NCBI GenBank assembly: GCA_964642855.1
Contig: CAZXSK010000001.1
Location: 111,637-175,636, forward strand
DNA: 64,000 nucleotides
Reading direction: 5' to 3'
Source of the DNA: an uncultured Planctomycetaceae bacterium
Lineage (GTDB): Bacteria; Planctomycetota; Phycisphaerae; SM23-33
Shown: piece by piece, positions 38,186 to 47,961 of the stretch
How the letters are laid out: the number at the start of each line of letters is the position of its first letter
Position numbering within the stretch: position 1 is the first letter of the stretch
The notes under the pieces: generated by a model
What the model was told of the DNA's origin: nothing
The model's input: the letters and a program-made list of their open reading frames with translations, nothing else
Database searches by the model: none
Position numbers and translations under genes: made by a program

Positions 38186-41086
38186 ATGCGCAACGTAGCA
38201 GCCATCCTGTTGCTTTGGTTTGCCGGTTCCACAGCCGCACGCGCCGGCGATGTACGCTGCCTGTTCCGCACCGGCGACACCCTCTGGGCGGCCGGGTCGC
38301 ATGGCCTGCTCATGCGGAGCGCCGATGGCGGGGACCACTGGCAAGCCGTCCGCATGCGGGAAGCCGGCCACTTCGAGGCTCTCTCGGGCGACGGGAGCGC
38401 TGTTCTGGCGTTCGGTGGGCGGGCGATCCATGGCATGCCCGAAGGCTTGGGCCTGCCCTTGCTGGTCCGGGCAGAACCGGATGCCAACGAGACAACCCGT
38501 CCGACGGCGCCGGCCCTGGGCTGGCTTCGTGGCGGAATCCTTCAGGGCAAGGTCGGGGCGGTGTTCGGCCAGCCGACCTATGCCATTCCGTCCGGCCTTG
38601 CCAAGACCCAGACCGGAGGGAATCTCTGGACCGCGGTGGACACCACCTCGCCGGGGCCCCTTCTGGGCGGGGCGTTTCCTTCCTGGCGGCTGGGGTATGT
38701 CGTCGGAACCGATCACCGCGTTCTCAGCATCCGCGCCCTCCGGCAGCCGAAGGTGCACCCGCCGCAGATTCGCTCCTCGCTGCCCCTTCGGGCGATCGCC
38801 ACGGGCGGGGATCTCGATTTCTGGGCGGTCGGCGACAACAGCAGCATTCTGCGCAGCAAGCCGGGCGACGCGCCGTGGGTGAGCGTCAAGTCACCGCTAC
38901 CGGCCGGGGCCGAGAGAATGGGCGATTTCGAGACGGTCGTCGCCTGCGAAGCGGACAGCATCCATGTTGCGGGCGGATTGACCGGCGCGATCGCCCGCAC
39001 GACCGACGGCGGAAGCAACTGGAAGCTCCTCCCTGCCCCTACCCCCGGGCCGATCCATTCTCTGCTGCGAATCAGCGATGACACCATGCTGGCCGCTGGC
39101 GACGCCGGGCGAATATGGAAGACCACCGACGCCTGCGAGACATGGACGCTGCTGACCGGCAGCAAATCGACCGACGTGCTGTTCGTGTGCAGCGCGACGG
39201 ACCTGAGCATTTGGCCGGCCGTCGCGGCCCACACCTCGGCAGGTTGCTCGGTCGCGGTGGTGTTCGCCTCCGCCCCGCCGGCGACCGATCGAATGCCGTC
39301 CGACCAACTCCTGCGTGCCTGCGCATACCAGGCCGGGGCCACCGGCGTGACGGTCCTGCGGGATTTTGTTTCGCCCACGCTCACCCGGCCGGGCAGTCGG
39401 GCAAACGAGAAGCAGATCCTCCGGGCATGGAAGGCGAGGCTGGACGAACCGCCCGAGAAAGAACTCACGCGTCAGATCGCAGCGACGATTCGCCTCTACC
39501 GTCCCAAGGTGCTGGCAGTCGGCCCGTCCGGCGAGGCCACGCCCGGCCCACGGAGCGAAGCGAGGCTGATTTCCCGTCTCGCGCAGAAGGCCGTCGATCT
39601 GGCGGGCCGATCCGACGAGAAACTGCTCGCCTCCGTTCTGCTCAAGCCACACACTCCCGACCGCGTGTTCGTCGGCAGTGTTGACAACGATCGCTGGCAT
39701 GAATCGTGGGCAAAGGTCGATGCGGGTCTTGTCGAGAAGCCTTCCACGAGCTTCCGCACCGACCGCTTCCCCGCCGGGGAATCAACGTCCCTGGAAATGC
39801 TGGCCCTGGATGCAGCCTGGATGCTTCCCCATGCGCCCATGACTACCGCCAGACCGCCCTGGCTCAATGCGTATGTCTGCACATCCGACGCTCGCAGGAC
39901 GGTCCGGCCGCTGTTTACGACCGGCCTGACGTCTCATCGTCTGAGCTGGAAGGATGTCTCCGATGAACGGCAGGCGGTATCCTCGGCCAGTCGACTGAAG
40001 GCAGCGATAGCTCTCGACCGAACCGCCACTGTGCTGACGCACCTGGCCCCTCTGGCCAAGAAGATCCAAGACGACCCTCTGCCGGCCGATCGCCTTTATC
40101 TGGCATGGATGAAGCTCTGGCAGGAAGGGAACTTCAGCCAGGCGCTCCAAGCTCGGAGCCTCTATCTCCGCCACGGGCAAGACCATCCGCTATACGGCCG
40201 GGCGATGCTGATGGCCGTCGGCACCGATGCATCCTCGGAATGGCGAGCCCAGCGAGCTCGAACCACTTCCGGCCCGGCGATGCGCGGACTGGACTTCGAC
40301 CTCGGCAAGGCCCTTCAACTGGCCGGCAGGAAGGGCCACTGGCTTGAGCTGCCCGAGGTCCTGGCACTGGAGACGGCCGCCCGCCGCGCGGAGGGACGTC
40401 TTGCCGACGCGGCAAATGGACTGGCCAAACTGGAGACGGAGTCCTACTGCCCTCACTGGCGAAGGTACGCTGCTCTTCTCGGCGGGAAGGAAGACCCGCT
40501 GATGGATCGCATCCCCAGCCTGCCATCAATGGAGGCGGTCGCCGGCGGAGACGAAGTCAAGATCGATGGGAGATTCCGGGAGAAGGCCTGGACGAAGGCC
40601 AAGCGAGTTCGACTGGCCCCAACAGACGGGAACGCCATCGACGACGTCCAGGCGACGGCCAGATGCCTCAGAACCAGTGACGCCCTCGTCATGGGCCTGC
40701 AACTGAAACACAAGGATCGGCGAGTCTGGACGCTCCGTATCACGCTCGACGGCGATCGCGATGCCTGGACCGCCCTGGCGGTACAGTTCAGCAGCGACGG
40801 TGCACGGTCGGCCGAGCTGATCCACCGATGGGGACCCGCAGCGTCTGTCGACAGGAAGGTCTTCGACCTGCAGGGCAGGAAGACCGGCGGCCGACTGAAT
40901 GTGGAAGTTGAGATCCCCTTCTCTCAGCTGGGGCTGTCTGCGCGATCCGCTTCGATCATCGGGATTCAGATGCGTGCAACGGCGTGGGACAGCGGACGTG
41001 AGAGCGTGCTGCAATTGGTCCCGGGCGTGTCTGACCCGAGCGATCTTCATCGCCTGGGCCTGCTTCACTGCCCGGCAGCAGAGTGA
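38186..41086 (+). CDS. large secreted multidomain protein: N-terminal BNR/Ycf48-like beta-propeller, central and C-terminal domains of unclear family
   Basis: Signal peptide MRNVAAILLLWFAGSTAARA. BNR/Asp-box-like repeats SADGGDHWQAV, TQTGGNLWTAV, TTDGGSNWKLL and TTDACETWTLL. 966 aa. Starts 4 nt after the glycoside hydrolase stop. Confidence 0.75.
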   Translation: MRNVAAILLLWFAGSTAARAGDVRCLFRTGDTLWAAGSHGLLMRSADGGDHWQAVRMREAGHFEALSGDGSAVLAFGGRAIHGMPEGLGLPLLVRAEPDANETTRPTAPALGWLRGGILQGKVGAVFGQPTYAIPSGLAKTQTGGNLWTAVDTTSPGPLLGGAFPSWRLGYVVGTDHRVLSIRALRQPKVHPPQIRSSLPLRAIATGGDLDFWAVGDNSSILRSKPGDAPWVSVKSPLPAGAERMGDFETVVACEADSIHVAGGLTGAIARTTDGGSNWKLLPAPTPGPIHSLLRISDDTMLAAGDAGRIWKTTDACETWTLLTGSKSTDVLFVCSATDLSIWPAVAAHTSAGCSVAVVFASAPPATDRMPSDQLLRACAYQAGATGVTVLRDFVSPTLTRPGSRANEKQILRAWKARLDEPPEKELTRQIAATIRLYRPKVLAVGPSGEATPGPRSEARLISRLAQKAVDLAGRSDEKLLASVLLKPHTPDRVFVGSVDNDRWHESWAKVDAGLVEKPSTSFRTDRFPAGESTSLEMLALDAAWMLPHAPMTTARPPWLNAYVCTSDARRTVRPLFTTGLTSHRLSWKDVSDERQAVSSASRLKAAIALDRTATVLTHLAPLAKKIQDDPLPADRLYLAWMKLWQEGNFSQALQARSLYLRHGQDHPLYGRAMLMAVGTDASSEWRAQRARTTSGPAMRGLDFDLGKALQLAGRKGHWLELPEVLALETAARRAEGRLADAANGLAKLETESYCPHWRRYAALLGGKEDPLMDRIPSLPSMEAVAGGDEVKIDGRFREKAWTKAKRVRLAPTDGNAIDDVQATARCLRTSDALVMGLQLKHKDRRVWTLRITLDGDRDAWTALAVQFSSDGARSAELIHRWGPAASVDRKVFDLQGRKTGGRLNVEVEIPFSQLGLSARSASIIGIQMRATAWDSGRESVLQLVPGVSDPSDLHRLGLLHCPAAE

Positions 41087-41138
41087 CAACTCCTCCGAAC
41101 CTTTGGGTTGCTCCCTCCTTCCGATACAATGGCAGGTA

Positions 41139-41816
41139 ATGACCAGTCCATCTGCCGACAATGATCGCTCGCGACTGCTCCGCTGGCGCATGGTGGAAGA
41201 CCAGCTCCGAAACCGGGGAATCAGCGACGAACGGATTCTCGAGGCTTTCATGCAGGTCCCTCGAGAGACCTTCGCCCACGGTTGCACACTCGACCAAGCC
41301 TACTCCGACTCGCCCCAACCGATTGGACACGGGCAGACAATCTCCCAACCTTACATCGTCGCGCAGATGATCGAGAAGCTCGCGCCCGGGCCCCACGACC
41401 GGATCCTTGATGTCGGCCTGGGCAGCGGGTACCAAGCCGCTCTGCTCGCCAAGCTGGCAGGGCACGTTTACGCCATCGAACGCCTGCAGGAACTCACGGA
41501 GCGTGCGACCGAAGCCTTGGCGACTACAGGTGTCGACAACGTTACCACCTGCACCGGAGACGGTACGCTGGGCTGGCCGGAGGAAGCCCCGTTCGACGGG
41601 ATCATCTGCGGCGCCGCCGGGCCGTCCGTCCCCGATCCGTGGCTGGATCAACTCGCAGAGGGCGGGCGCATCGTGGTACCGGTCGGTAGCGAGGGCATCC
41701 AGGAGCTGCTGGTCTGTGAGAAGCAGGGAGACCGCATCCGCAGGCGTTCGTTCGGTGGGGTGCGGTTCGTCAAGCTCATCGGCGAGGAAGGCTGGCAGCA
41801 GTCACAGCCCCGCTAG
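41139..41816 (+). CDS. pcm: protein-L-isoaspartate O-methyltransferase
   Basis: SRLLRWRMVEDQLRNRGISDERILEAFMQVPRETF...GHGQTISQPYIVAQMIE...VLDVGLGSGYQAALLA, a close match to the Pcm family. Confidence 0.9.
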   Translation: MTSPSADNDRSRLLRWRMVEDQLRNRGISDERILEAFMQVPRETFAHGCTLDQAYSDSPQPIGHGQTISQPYIVAQMIEKLAPGPHDRILDVGLGSGYQAALLAKLAGHVYAIERLQELTERATEALATTGVDNVTTCTGDGTLGWPEEAPFDGIICGAAGPSVPDPWLDQLAEGGRIVVPVGSEGIQELLVCEKQGDRIRRRSFGGVRFVKLIGEEGWQQSQPR

Positions 41817-43039
41817 CTGTTCCGGGCTTCGCGCTCCGCACGGACCTCTCCCGTGAATTCGTCGATCTTCCGCTGCAGTCGCTGCACGATATCCGGATGC
41901 AGGTTGGCGAGGTTGTAGTTCTCCCCCGGGTCCAAGTCCATATCGAACAGCTGGGGCATTTCCTTGGTCTGGTTGTCGAACCCGAAGGACACATGAAGCT
42001 TCCACTTGCCGGCACGAACCGCCTGCAGCGTTTCGTGGAAGAAGAAGTAGAACGCATCGCGTTCGGGCACGTCGCCGCCCGTCAGCGCCTCGCCGATGTC
42101 GACACCGTCGATGGGCCTGTCTCCGGGCATGTTCGCCCCGGCCAATGACGCGAACGTCGGCATGAGGTCCATCAGACTGGCAGGCTGATTGCACACGCTG
42201 CCGGCCGGTATGGTGTCGGGCCACTGGGCGACGAAGGGCATGCGCACGCCGCCTTCGTACACGTCGAACTTCCTTCCCCGCAGCCCGCCGGTACTGCCCT
42301 CGTACCACGGGCCGTTGTCGCTGGTGACGATCAACAGCGTGTTGTCCGAGAGCCCCAACTCGTCGAGCTTGTCCACAATCCGCCCGAGATGGTGGTCAAT
42401 GCACTCGATCGTATCGCCATAGGTGCCCGCCTTGCTCCTGCCCCGGAATTCCGGTTCCACGTGGAGCGGGATATGGGGCATGGTATGAGCGAGATAGGTG
42501 AAGAATGGCCTGTCCCGATTGGCTTCGATGAACTCGATCACCTCGTCGGTGTACCGTCTGGTCAGCGTGGCCTGGTCGATGTCTTCCTCGATGTCCTCGC
42601 GATTGCGGTAGAGGTGAAGCGGGCTCATGTCGTTGCTGTACAGCAGCCCGAAGTAGTGGTCGAACCCGTGCTGGGTGGGGTTGTGCTCGGGCAGGCAGCC
42701 CAGGTGCCACTTGCCGGCCATGCAGGTAGCGTAGCCGGCATCCCGGAGTACCTCGGCGACGGTGGTCTCCCGATGGGTCAGTCCGTCGGTGTCCTGGGGG
42801 AACAGCACCCGGGGCAGCCCCACGCGCTGAGCATATCTTGCGGTCAGGAGAGACGCGCGGGACGGCGTGCAGATCGAGGCGCCGGCGTACATCTGGGTGA
42901 ACCGAATGCCTTTCCTGGCAACGGCGTCCATCCGGGGGGTGTGAATCGAAGGCGAGCCGAAGCAGCCCATGTCTCCATAGCCCATGTCGTCCATGAAGAC
43001 CAGTACGATATTCGGTTTGGCTCCGTTGATGAGGGGCAT
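41813..43039 (-). CDS. arylsulfatase-family sulfatase
   Basis: PNIVLVFMDDMGYGDMGCFG...CTPSRASLLT. No signal peptide evident. Convergent 4-nt overlap with the pcm stop. Confidence 0.9.
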   Translation of the reverse strand: MPLINGAKPNIVLVFMDDMGYGDMGCFGSPSIHTPRMDAVARKGIRFTQMYAGASICTPSRASLLTARYAQRVGLPRVLFPQDTDGLTHRETTVAEVLRDAGYATCMAGKWHLGCLPEHNPTQHGFDHYFGLLYSNDMSPLHLYRNREDIEEDIDQATLTRRYTDEVIEFIEANRDRPFFTYLAHTMPHIPLHVEPEFRGRSKAGTYGDTIECIDHHLGRIVDKLDELGLSDNTLLIVTSDNGPWYEGSTGGLRGRKFDVYEGGVRMPFVAQWPDTIPAGSVCNQPASLMDLMPTFASLAGANMPGDRPIDGVDIGEALTGGDVPERDAFYFFFHETLQAVRAGKWKLHVSFGFDNQTKEMPQLFDMDLDPGENYNLANLHPDIVQRLQRKIDEFTGEVRAEREARNS

Positions 43040-43091
43040 GCGTACGTCCTTTGTCAGGAAAGGGACTGCCAGTGCAGGAAGAACTCCTCTG

Positions 43092-44156
43092 TCAGGAGGC
43101 CTTCTTCGCCTTCAGCCTCATGCGCTTGGCGTACCCCAACTGCTTCATGATGTTGTCATAGATCACGTTGCTTTCCTGGGGAAACGGGTCCTCCTTGACG
43201 CCGATCATCATGTCCCGAAGCTCCTGAAGTACGCCGATCGCCTCGTTCCACTGTCTGCTTTCCATGGCAATAAAGGCGGCCTTGTACATGTTCCACAGGT
43301 CGGTCTTGAGCTTGTCCTTCGCCCGGGTGAATTGGCGGTCGTCCTCGACCTCTGCGAAGGCCGTTCCCGAGTGTGCCAGATGGAGCTTGTAGAACTTCAC
43401 CGCCCGGTAGAGATTGCCCGCCCGATCGCGTTCCCGGTACATCCGCCGGGCCTGCTCGAGCATCTTCTCGGCCGCCAGCCGGTCCTTCGGGATCTGCGCC
43501 TTGGTACGAAGAGGCCCTTCGATCGTCGTATTGACATCCATCTGCGTCAGCCGGTCCGGCCGATTGGACTGCTCCACTTCTTCCGCACTGGGACGAAGCA
43601 GAATCACGGCGAGCAGGACCACCAGCCCCACGCCGTAGAGCACGCCAAAGAGAACGTACTTGCGGGTCTTGTTTTCGCTGGACTCCTCAGCGTCCTGCTT
43701 GCGGTCTTCCCGCGTCTGCTTCGGCTGGGGCTCGGGCGGTTCTGCGTCTTCCTCCAGGACCTCGGAGGGCACTTCGTCGGGCTCGGGGACCAGGGGCTCT
43801 TTCTGGATGCTCACCCCCGCCTCGGCCATCGCCTGCCTCGGGTCATCGCCCGGCGCGACGAAGAACATCTGGGTATCGTTGCCCACGGCCAGGATGTCGC
43901 CCGTATCCAGCAGGATCTTCTTGCCCGACTTGTAGCGTTTGCCGTTGATCCGCGTCCCGTGTGAGGAGAGGTTCTCGACAATCCAGCCTTCGCGGGTGAG
44001 CTCGAACTGAAGCTGCTTTCGCGAGACTGATTCCTCCTCAAGCTGGATCTGCGCTTCAGGCGAGCGGCCCGCGATCGTGAGGCGATCGGTCACGAGCGCA
44101 TGCTCCCCAGCCTGGGGACCAGAAAGAAATACAAGTTCCGGCAGTGGCGAACTCAT
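43092..44156 (-). CDS. FHA-domain membrane protein (Tad-locus associated)
   Basis: Start MSSPLPELVF. FHA core LTIAGRSPEAQIQLEEESVSRKQLQFELTREGWIVENLSSHGTRINGKRY...GDILAVGN. An acidic linker and a transmembrane helix (YVLFGVLYGVGLVVLLAVILL) are followed by a C-terminal alpha-helical domain. Its ATG overlaps the tadC stop (TGATG). Confidence 0.8.
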   Translation of the reverse strand: MSSPLPELVFLSGPQAGEHALVTDRLTIAGRSPEAQIQLEEESVSRKQLQFELTREGWIVENLSSHGTRINGKRYKSGKKILLDTGDILAVGNDTQMFFVAPGDDPRQAMAEAGVSIQKEPLVPEPDEVPSEVLEEDAEPPEPQPKQTREDRKQDAEESSENKTRKYVLFGVLYGVGLVVLLAVILLRPSAEEVEQSNRPDRLTQMDVNTTIEGPLRTKAQIPKDRLAAEKMLEQARRMYRERDRAGNLYRAVKFYKLHLAHSGTAFAEVEDDRQFTRAKDKLKTDLWNMYKAAFIAMESRQWNEAIGVLQELRDMMIGVKEDPFPQESNVIYDNIMKQLGYAKRMRLKAKKAS

Positions 44157-45139
44157 CAGAACAGTCCCTCGTTGACCGCCCGGATAATCATCGGGCCGAA
44201 AATCGCGAGAATCACAGCCATCAGCAGCAGGAGGCAGGGCAGGAGAATCCGAACGCTGGCAACGGCGGCGCGGTCTTCCGCGCGGACCGACCGCTGCAGC
44301 CTGAGCAACGAGGCCTGGTCGTGTAGCACGTCGCCCAGGGGTGTGCCCAACTGTTCGGCCTGGATGACACTGGCAATGATGCTCCGCAGCGACTCGAGAG
44401 GGATCCGGTCTGCCATGTTCTGCAGCGCCCGCTGGCGCGTGGTGCCCAAGTCCATCTCGGCGAGCATGGTCCGCAGTTCGACGTTCAGCGGATCGTCGGA
44501 CGCTTCTGCAACGATGGTCTGGGCGGCTTCGGCGAACGTTGCCCCCGCCCCCATCGCCAAGGCGATCAGGTCCAGGGCGTACGGTACACGGCGCGAGATG
44601 ATCATCAGGCGCTCCTGGGCCTTGGAGTACAACTGGTAAATCATCAGGAAGAACCCGGCCAGGAAGGCTACGAACACCAGGATGAAGCTGAACCGCCCCA
44701 GCACGAGCAGGTGGAAGGCCTCCAGCAGCGCCGCGGCGCCGATACCGGCGAGGATGGCGATCGCGAGGTATTCTTCCGGCGTGTAGTAGTTCGGGCTGCC
44801 CGCTGCGACGATGGTCCGCCGCAGCCATCGCTTGACACGCGGTATTGACAGGCGGTACCCCATCGCAAGCAGAAACCACATCAAAGGCCGGGTGGCAGGA
44901 TGTTCGAACACCGTCTCGCGGTCGGCGTGTCCGGTTGCGATCGCCGCTGCCCGCTGGGGCGAGAGTTTGGGCGTGCCCGTCTGCGAGAACATCGCGATCA
45001 CGAACATGGAGATCGACAGGCCGAACATCGACGACAGCATGCCCTGCAGGAAATAGCCCGACCACAGCGCGATCAGCAGCCCCAGCAGTACCCATCCGGG
45101 CAGAAACCCCAACAGGATGATCAAATTGGTTCGCTTCAT
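44156..45139 (-). CDS. tadC: Flp pilus assembly protein TadC (T2SS-F domain)
   Basis: Polytopic membrane protein with GspF/T2SSF-like cytoplasmic loop (PLESLRSIIASVIQAEQLGTPLGDVL). Confidence 0.85.
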   Translation of the reverse strand: MKRTNLIILLGFLPGWVLLGLLIALWSGYFLQGMLSSMFGLSISMFVIAMFSQTGTPKLSPQRAAAIATGHADRETVFEHPATRPLMWFLLAMGYRLSIPRVKRWLRRTIVAAGSPNYYTPEEYLAIAILAGIGAAALLEAFHLLVLGRFSFILVFVAFLAGFFLMIYQLYSKAQERLMIISRRVPYALDLIALAMGAGATFAEAAQTIVAEASDDPLNVELRTMLAEMDLGTTRQRALQNMADRIPLESLRSIIASVIQAEQLGTPLGDVLHDQASLLRLQRSVRAEDRAAVASVRILLPCLLLLMAVILAIFGPMIIRAVNEGLF

Positions 45140-45164
45140 ATTGGTGCGTTTGCTCGGCAGATGA

Positions 45165-46031
45165 TCATATGTCGATCTGTACGGTCTTGCGTATCCACAG
45201 GAACCCCGCGACGTTCAGCGCGATGATCGCAGCGATCACGACCTTTCCGAAGTCGTCGGTAAAAAGTGATCGAACGCCGGAGGAATCCACCAGGAAGTAG
45301 ATGATCGCCAGCACGGCAATAGGCATCGCACCCATCCACCGCGCGGTTGCCCTTCCCTGCGCGGTCAGGGCGTGGACGCGCTTCTCCAGTCGCTGAATCT
45401 CCCGGATACTTTCGGCGATCCGGTCGAGCGTCTCGCCCAGGTCGCCACCGCGCTCACGGTGTGTGTGCAACGCCGAGAACAGCAGCCGAAAGTCGCCCGA
45501 ATCGATACGATCGGCCGCCTTGAGCATCGCCTGGTCCAGCGGCACGCCGTATTCGTACTCCCGAATAAGGTGGGCAAACTCCTGGCGGATCGGAGCGGGT
45601 GCATCGCGAGCGACCATCTGCATAGACTGCACGAGGTTCAGCCCGGCCCGAACACCCGAAGCCAGCGTCTGTACCGCCGGCACGAGCTGGTCCTCAAGCT
45701 TCCGCCTGCGGCGACGCTGAAGGTACTTCAGAATCGACGAGGGAAGCAGCAGACCCGCTGCAAAGAACACCAACCCTCCCCAAAGGCTGGCCGTGGCTAT
45801 GTATCCGAAGATCGCCGCCACCAGAATGGCCATCCCGCAGAAGACCAGCACGAGGCGCGACGGGATGTCCAGTAGGAGCTGACCCCGAAGAACGCGGTCG
45901 AACTTGCGATCCTCCCTGGCGATGAAGTACAGCACGGGCCGCAGGCCGACGCCTACCGCCCCGCCGACAAGCACAAACAACATCACCGAAACCAGCAGGC
46001 TTGGCGTGACAGCCAGGATCGAGGCGATCAT
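45165..46031 (-). CDS. tadB: Flp pilus assembly protein TadB (T2SS-F domain)
   Basis: T2SSF-domain motifs (VQTLASGVRAGLNLVQSMQMVARDAPAPIRQEFAHLIREYEYGVPLDQAM). 4-nt overlap with the upstream ATPase gene. Confidence 0.85.
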   Translation of the reverse strand: MIASILAVTPSLLVSVMLFVLVGGAVGVGLRPVLYFIAREDRKFDRVLRGQLLLDIPSRLVLVFCGMAILVAAIFGYIATASLWGGLVFFAAGLLLPSSILKYLQRRRRRKLEDQLVPAVQTLASGVRAGLNLVQSMQMVARDAPAPIRQEFAHLIREYEYGVPLDQAMLKAADRIDSGDFRLLFSALHTHRERGGDLGETLDRIAESIREIQRLEKRVHALTAQGRATARWMGAMPIAVLAIIYFLVDSSGVRSLFTDDFGKVVIAAIIALNVAGFLWIRKTVQIDI

Positions 46032-47905
46032 GTGAACACCTCGATACCCAGCAGTTCGTCCTCGATCAGCTCCTCGGCGAAGTAGGGGATGTACCCGGTA
46101 TGGCGCAACTCGCCAAAGCGTCCGCGTTCTCCGGGGATCGGACGGGTCACGAAGATGTCCTCGGTGATGATGCGCGTGGTTTCCGGATCCAGGCCGACGA
46201 TCTCCGAAATGTGCGTAATCCGCCGCGAGCCGTCCTGCAGGCGGGCGATCTGCACCACCAGGTCCAGGGCGGCCGTGATCTGTTCGCGGATCGCGCGAAC
46301 GGGCATTTCTACGGCCATCATGACCATGGTCTCCAGCCGAAGGAGCGTGTCGGCGGGGTTGTTCGCGTGGATCGTCGACAGCGACCCGTCGTGGCCGGTG
46401 TTCATCGCCTGGAGCATGTCCAGCGCCTCGGGGCCTCTTACCTCGCCGACGATCAGGCGGTCGGGCCGCATACGCAGGGCATTGCGCACCAGGTCGCGAA
46501 TGGTGTATGCGCCCCGGCCCTCGATGTTCGCGGGTCGGGTTTCCAGCCGCACCAGGTGCTCCTGCTGAAGCTGGAGTTCGGCGGAGTCTTCGATCGTGAC
46601 GATCCGCTCCTCGGGAGGGATGAAATTACTCAGGACGTTCAGCGTTGTGGTCTTTCCGCTGCCCGTTCCGCCGGAGATCATGATGTTCTTCCTGCCCACC
46701 ACGCACGCCTTGAGGAACTGGGCCGACGACGCCGTCAGCGTGCTTCGCTCGACGAGGTCGTCGATCGTGAACGGGATTCTCGCGAATTTTCGGATCGTCA
46801 GGGTGGGTCCGGAGAGACTCAGCGGGTTGATTACGGCATTGACGCGCGAGCCATCCGGTAGCCGGGCATCCACCAGCGGCGTGGATCGGTCGATCCGCCG
46901 ACCGATCGGCGTGATGATCCGCTCGATGACGCTCTCGACGATTTCGTCGGAGAAGAAGCTGCGGCCGGTGTTCTGGAGCACGCCGTCTTTCTCGATGTAG
47001 ATTCGGTCGCGACCGACAACCATGATCTCGTTGACGTTGGGCATCTCCAGCAGGTCCTGCAAAGGCCCGTAGCCCAGCACGACGTCTTCGATCTCTTTCG
47101 AGAGCATGCGGCGGGCGATGTAGGATCGCAGTTCGGGCGTCAGACGAGGCGTGATCTTCGCCAGCTGGGAGTCCCACTCGCTCTCGACGGTGGCGACGTC
47201 GTCCTTCAAAGTGTGCGGACGGAGCCGCAACGGGAAGAACCCCACCACGTCGCCAATGATCCGCGAGAGGGCCTCCTCGTGCTTGGAATCCATCAGGTCG
47301 GTATCTTCGAACCCGTAGCTGTACATCAGCTTGCCAGTCGCGCGGCGGGTGATCTCGGTAACCACGCCCCGCCAGAGATACTCCCGCACGAGATGATCGG
47401 CCATTTCGGAGTCGATCTCTTCGAGGTGGTTGCCGATGATCTCCGCAAGATTCCGCTTGATCATCACGACAAGCTGCTCGTCGGCCGATCCCGCCTGGCC
47501 CGTCACCCGCAGGTTCAGCCGTTCGAGCAGTTCGGCGTGCATCTTCTGCTCGAGTTCGATCACGCGTTTGCGCGGGGAGACGGTCCGCTTCTCGCCGCGA
47601 ACCCGGCGGGCGGAGGGCTCCATCATGTACACGCTGTACTCGCCGAGGCGGACCTCATCGCCGAAGCTGATTTTCACCCGCTGCTTGACGGGCACGTCCT
47701 GGTTGGCGACGACCAGGCCATTGAGACCCAGCGATTCGATGAAGAACGTGCCATTCTCCTTGAGGATCCGAGCATGCTGACGCGAAACGAACGGGCTGCG
47801 CAGCGTTACGTCGTTGCTCTCGTCACGACCGATACTGACGTTCTCGTCATCGACCTCGACGACTTCCCGCTGGTCGGTGTACTGGTTGTAGACCCAGATC
47901 TCCAC
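46028..47905 (-). CDS. cpaF: CpaF/TadA secretion ATPase with N-terminal FHA domain
   Basis: N-terminus [49 protein letters not shown]...GDEVRLG is an FHA domain. Central and C-terminal regions carry Walker A ([15 protein letters not shown]), an Asp box, Walker B ([15 protein letters not shown]) and a His box ([12 protein letters not shown]). Confidence 0.9.
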   Translation of the reverse strand: MEIWVYNQYTDQREVVEVDDENVSIGRDESNDVTLRSPFVSRQHARILKENGTFFIESLGLNGLVVANQDVPVKQRVKISFGDEVRLGEYSVYMMEPSARRVRGEKRTVSPRKRVIELEQKMHAELLERLNLRVTGQAGSADEQLVVMIKRNLAEIIGNHLEEIDSEMADHLVREYLWRGVVTEITRRATGKLMYSYGFEDTDLMDSKHEEALSRIIGDVVGFFPLRLRPHTLKDDVATVESEWDSQLAKITPRLTPELRSYIARRMLSKEIEDVVLGYGPLQDLLEMPNVNEIMVVGRDRIYIEKDGVLQNTGRSFFSDEIVESVIERIITPIGRRIDRSTPLVDARLPDGSRVNAVINPLSLSGPTLTIRKFARIPFTIDDLVERSTLTASSAQFLKACVVGRKNIMISGGTGSGKTTTLNVLSNFIPPEERIVTIEDSAELQLQQEHLVRLETRPANIEGRGAYTIRDLVRNALRMRPDRLIVGEVRGPEALDMLQAMNTGHDGSLSTIHANNPADTLLRLETMVMMAVEMPVRAIREQITAALDLVVQIARLQDGSRRITHISEIVGLDPETTRIITEDIFVTRPIPGERGRFGELRHTGYIPYFAEELIEDELLGIEVFT

Positions 47906-47961
47906 GTACGATTCCTCAACCTTTCAGCAATACTGCAGGCTGTCTGCGCTCACGGGGGACG

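Noticed and set aside
41813-41816. Convergent 4-nt overlap of the pcm and sulfatase stop codons.
   Set aside because: This is a trivial consequence of gene packing. No regulatory implication can be supported.
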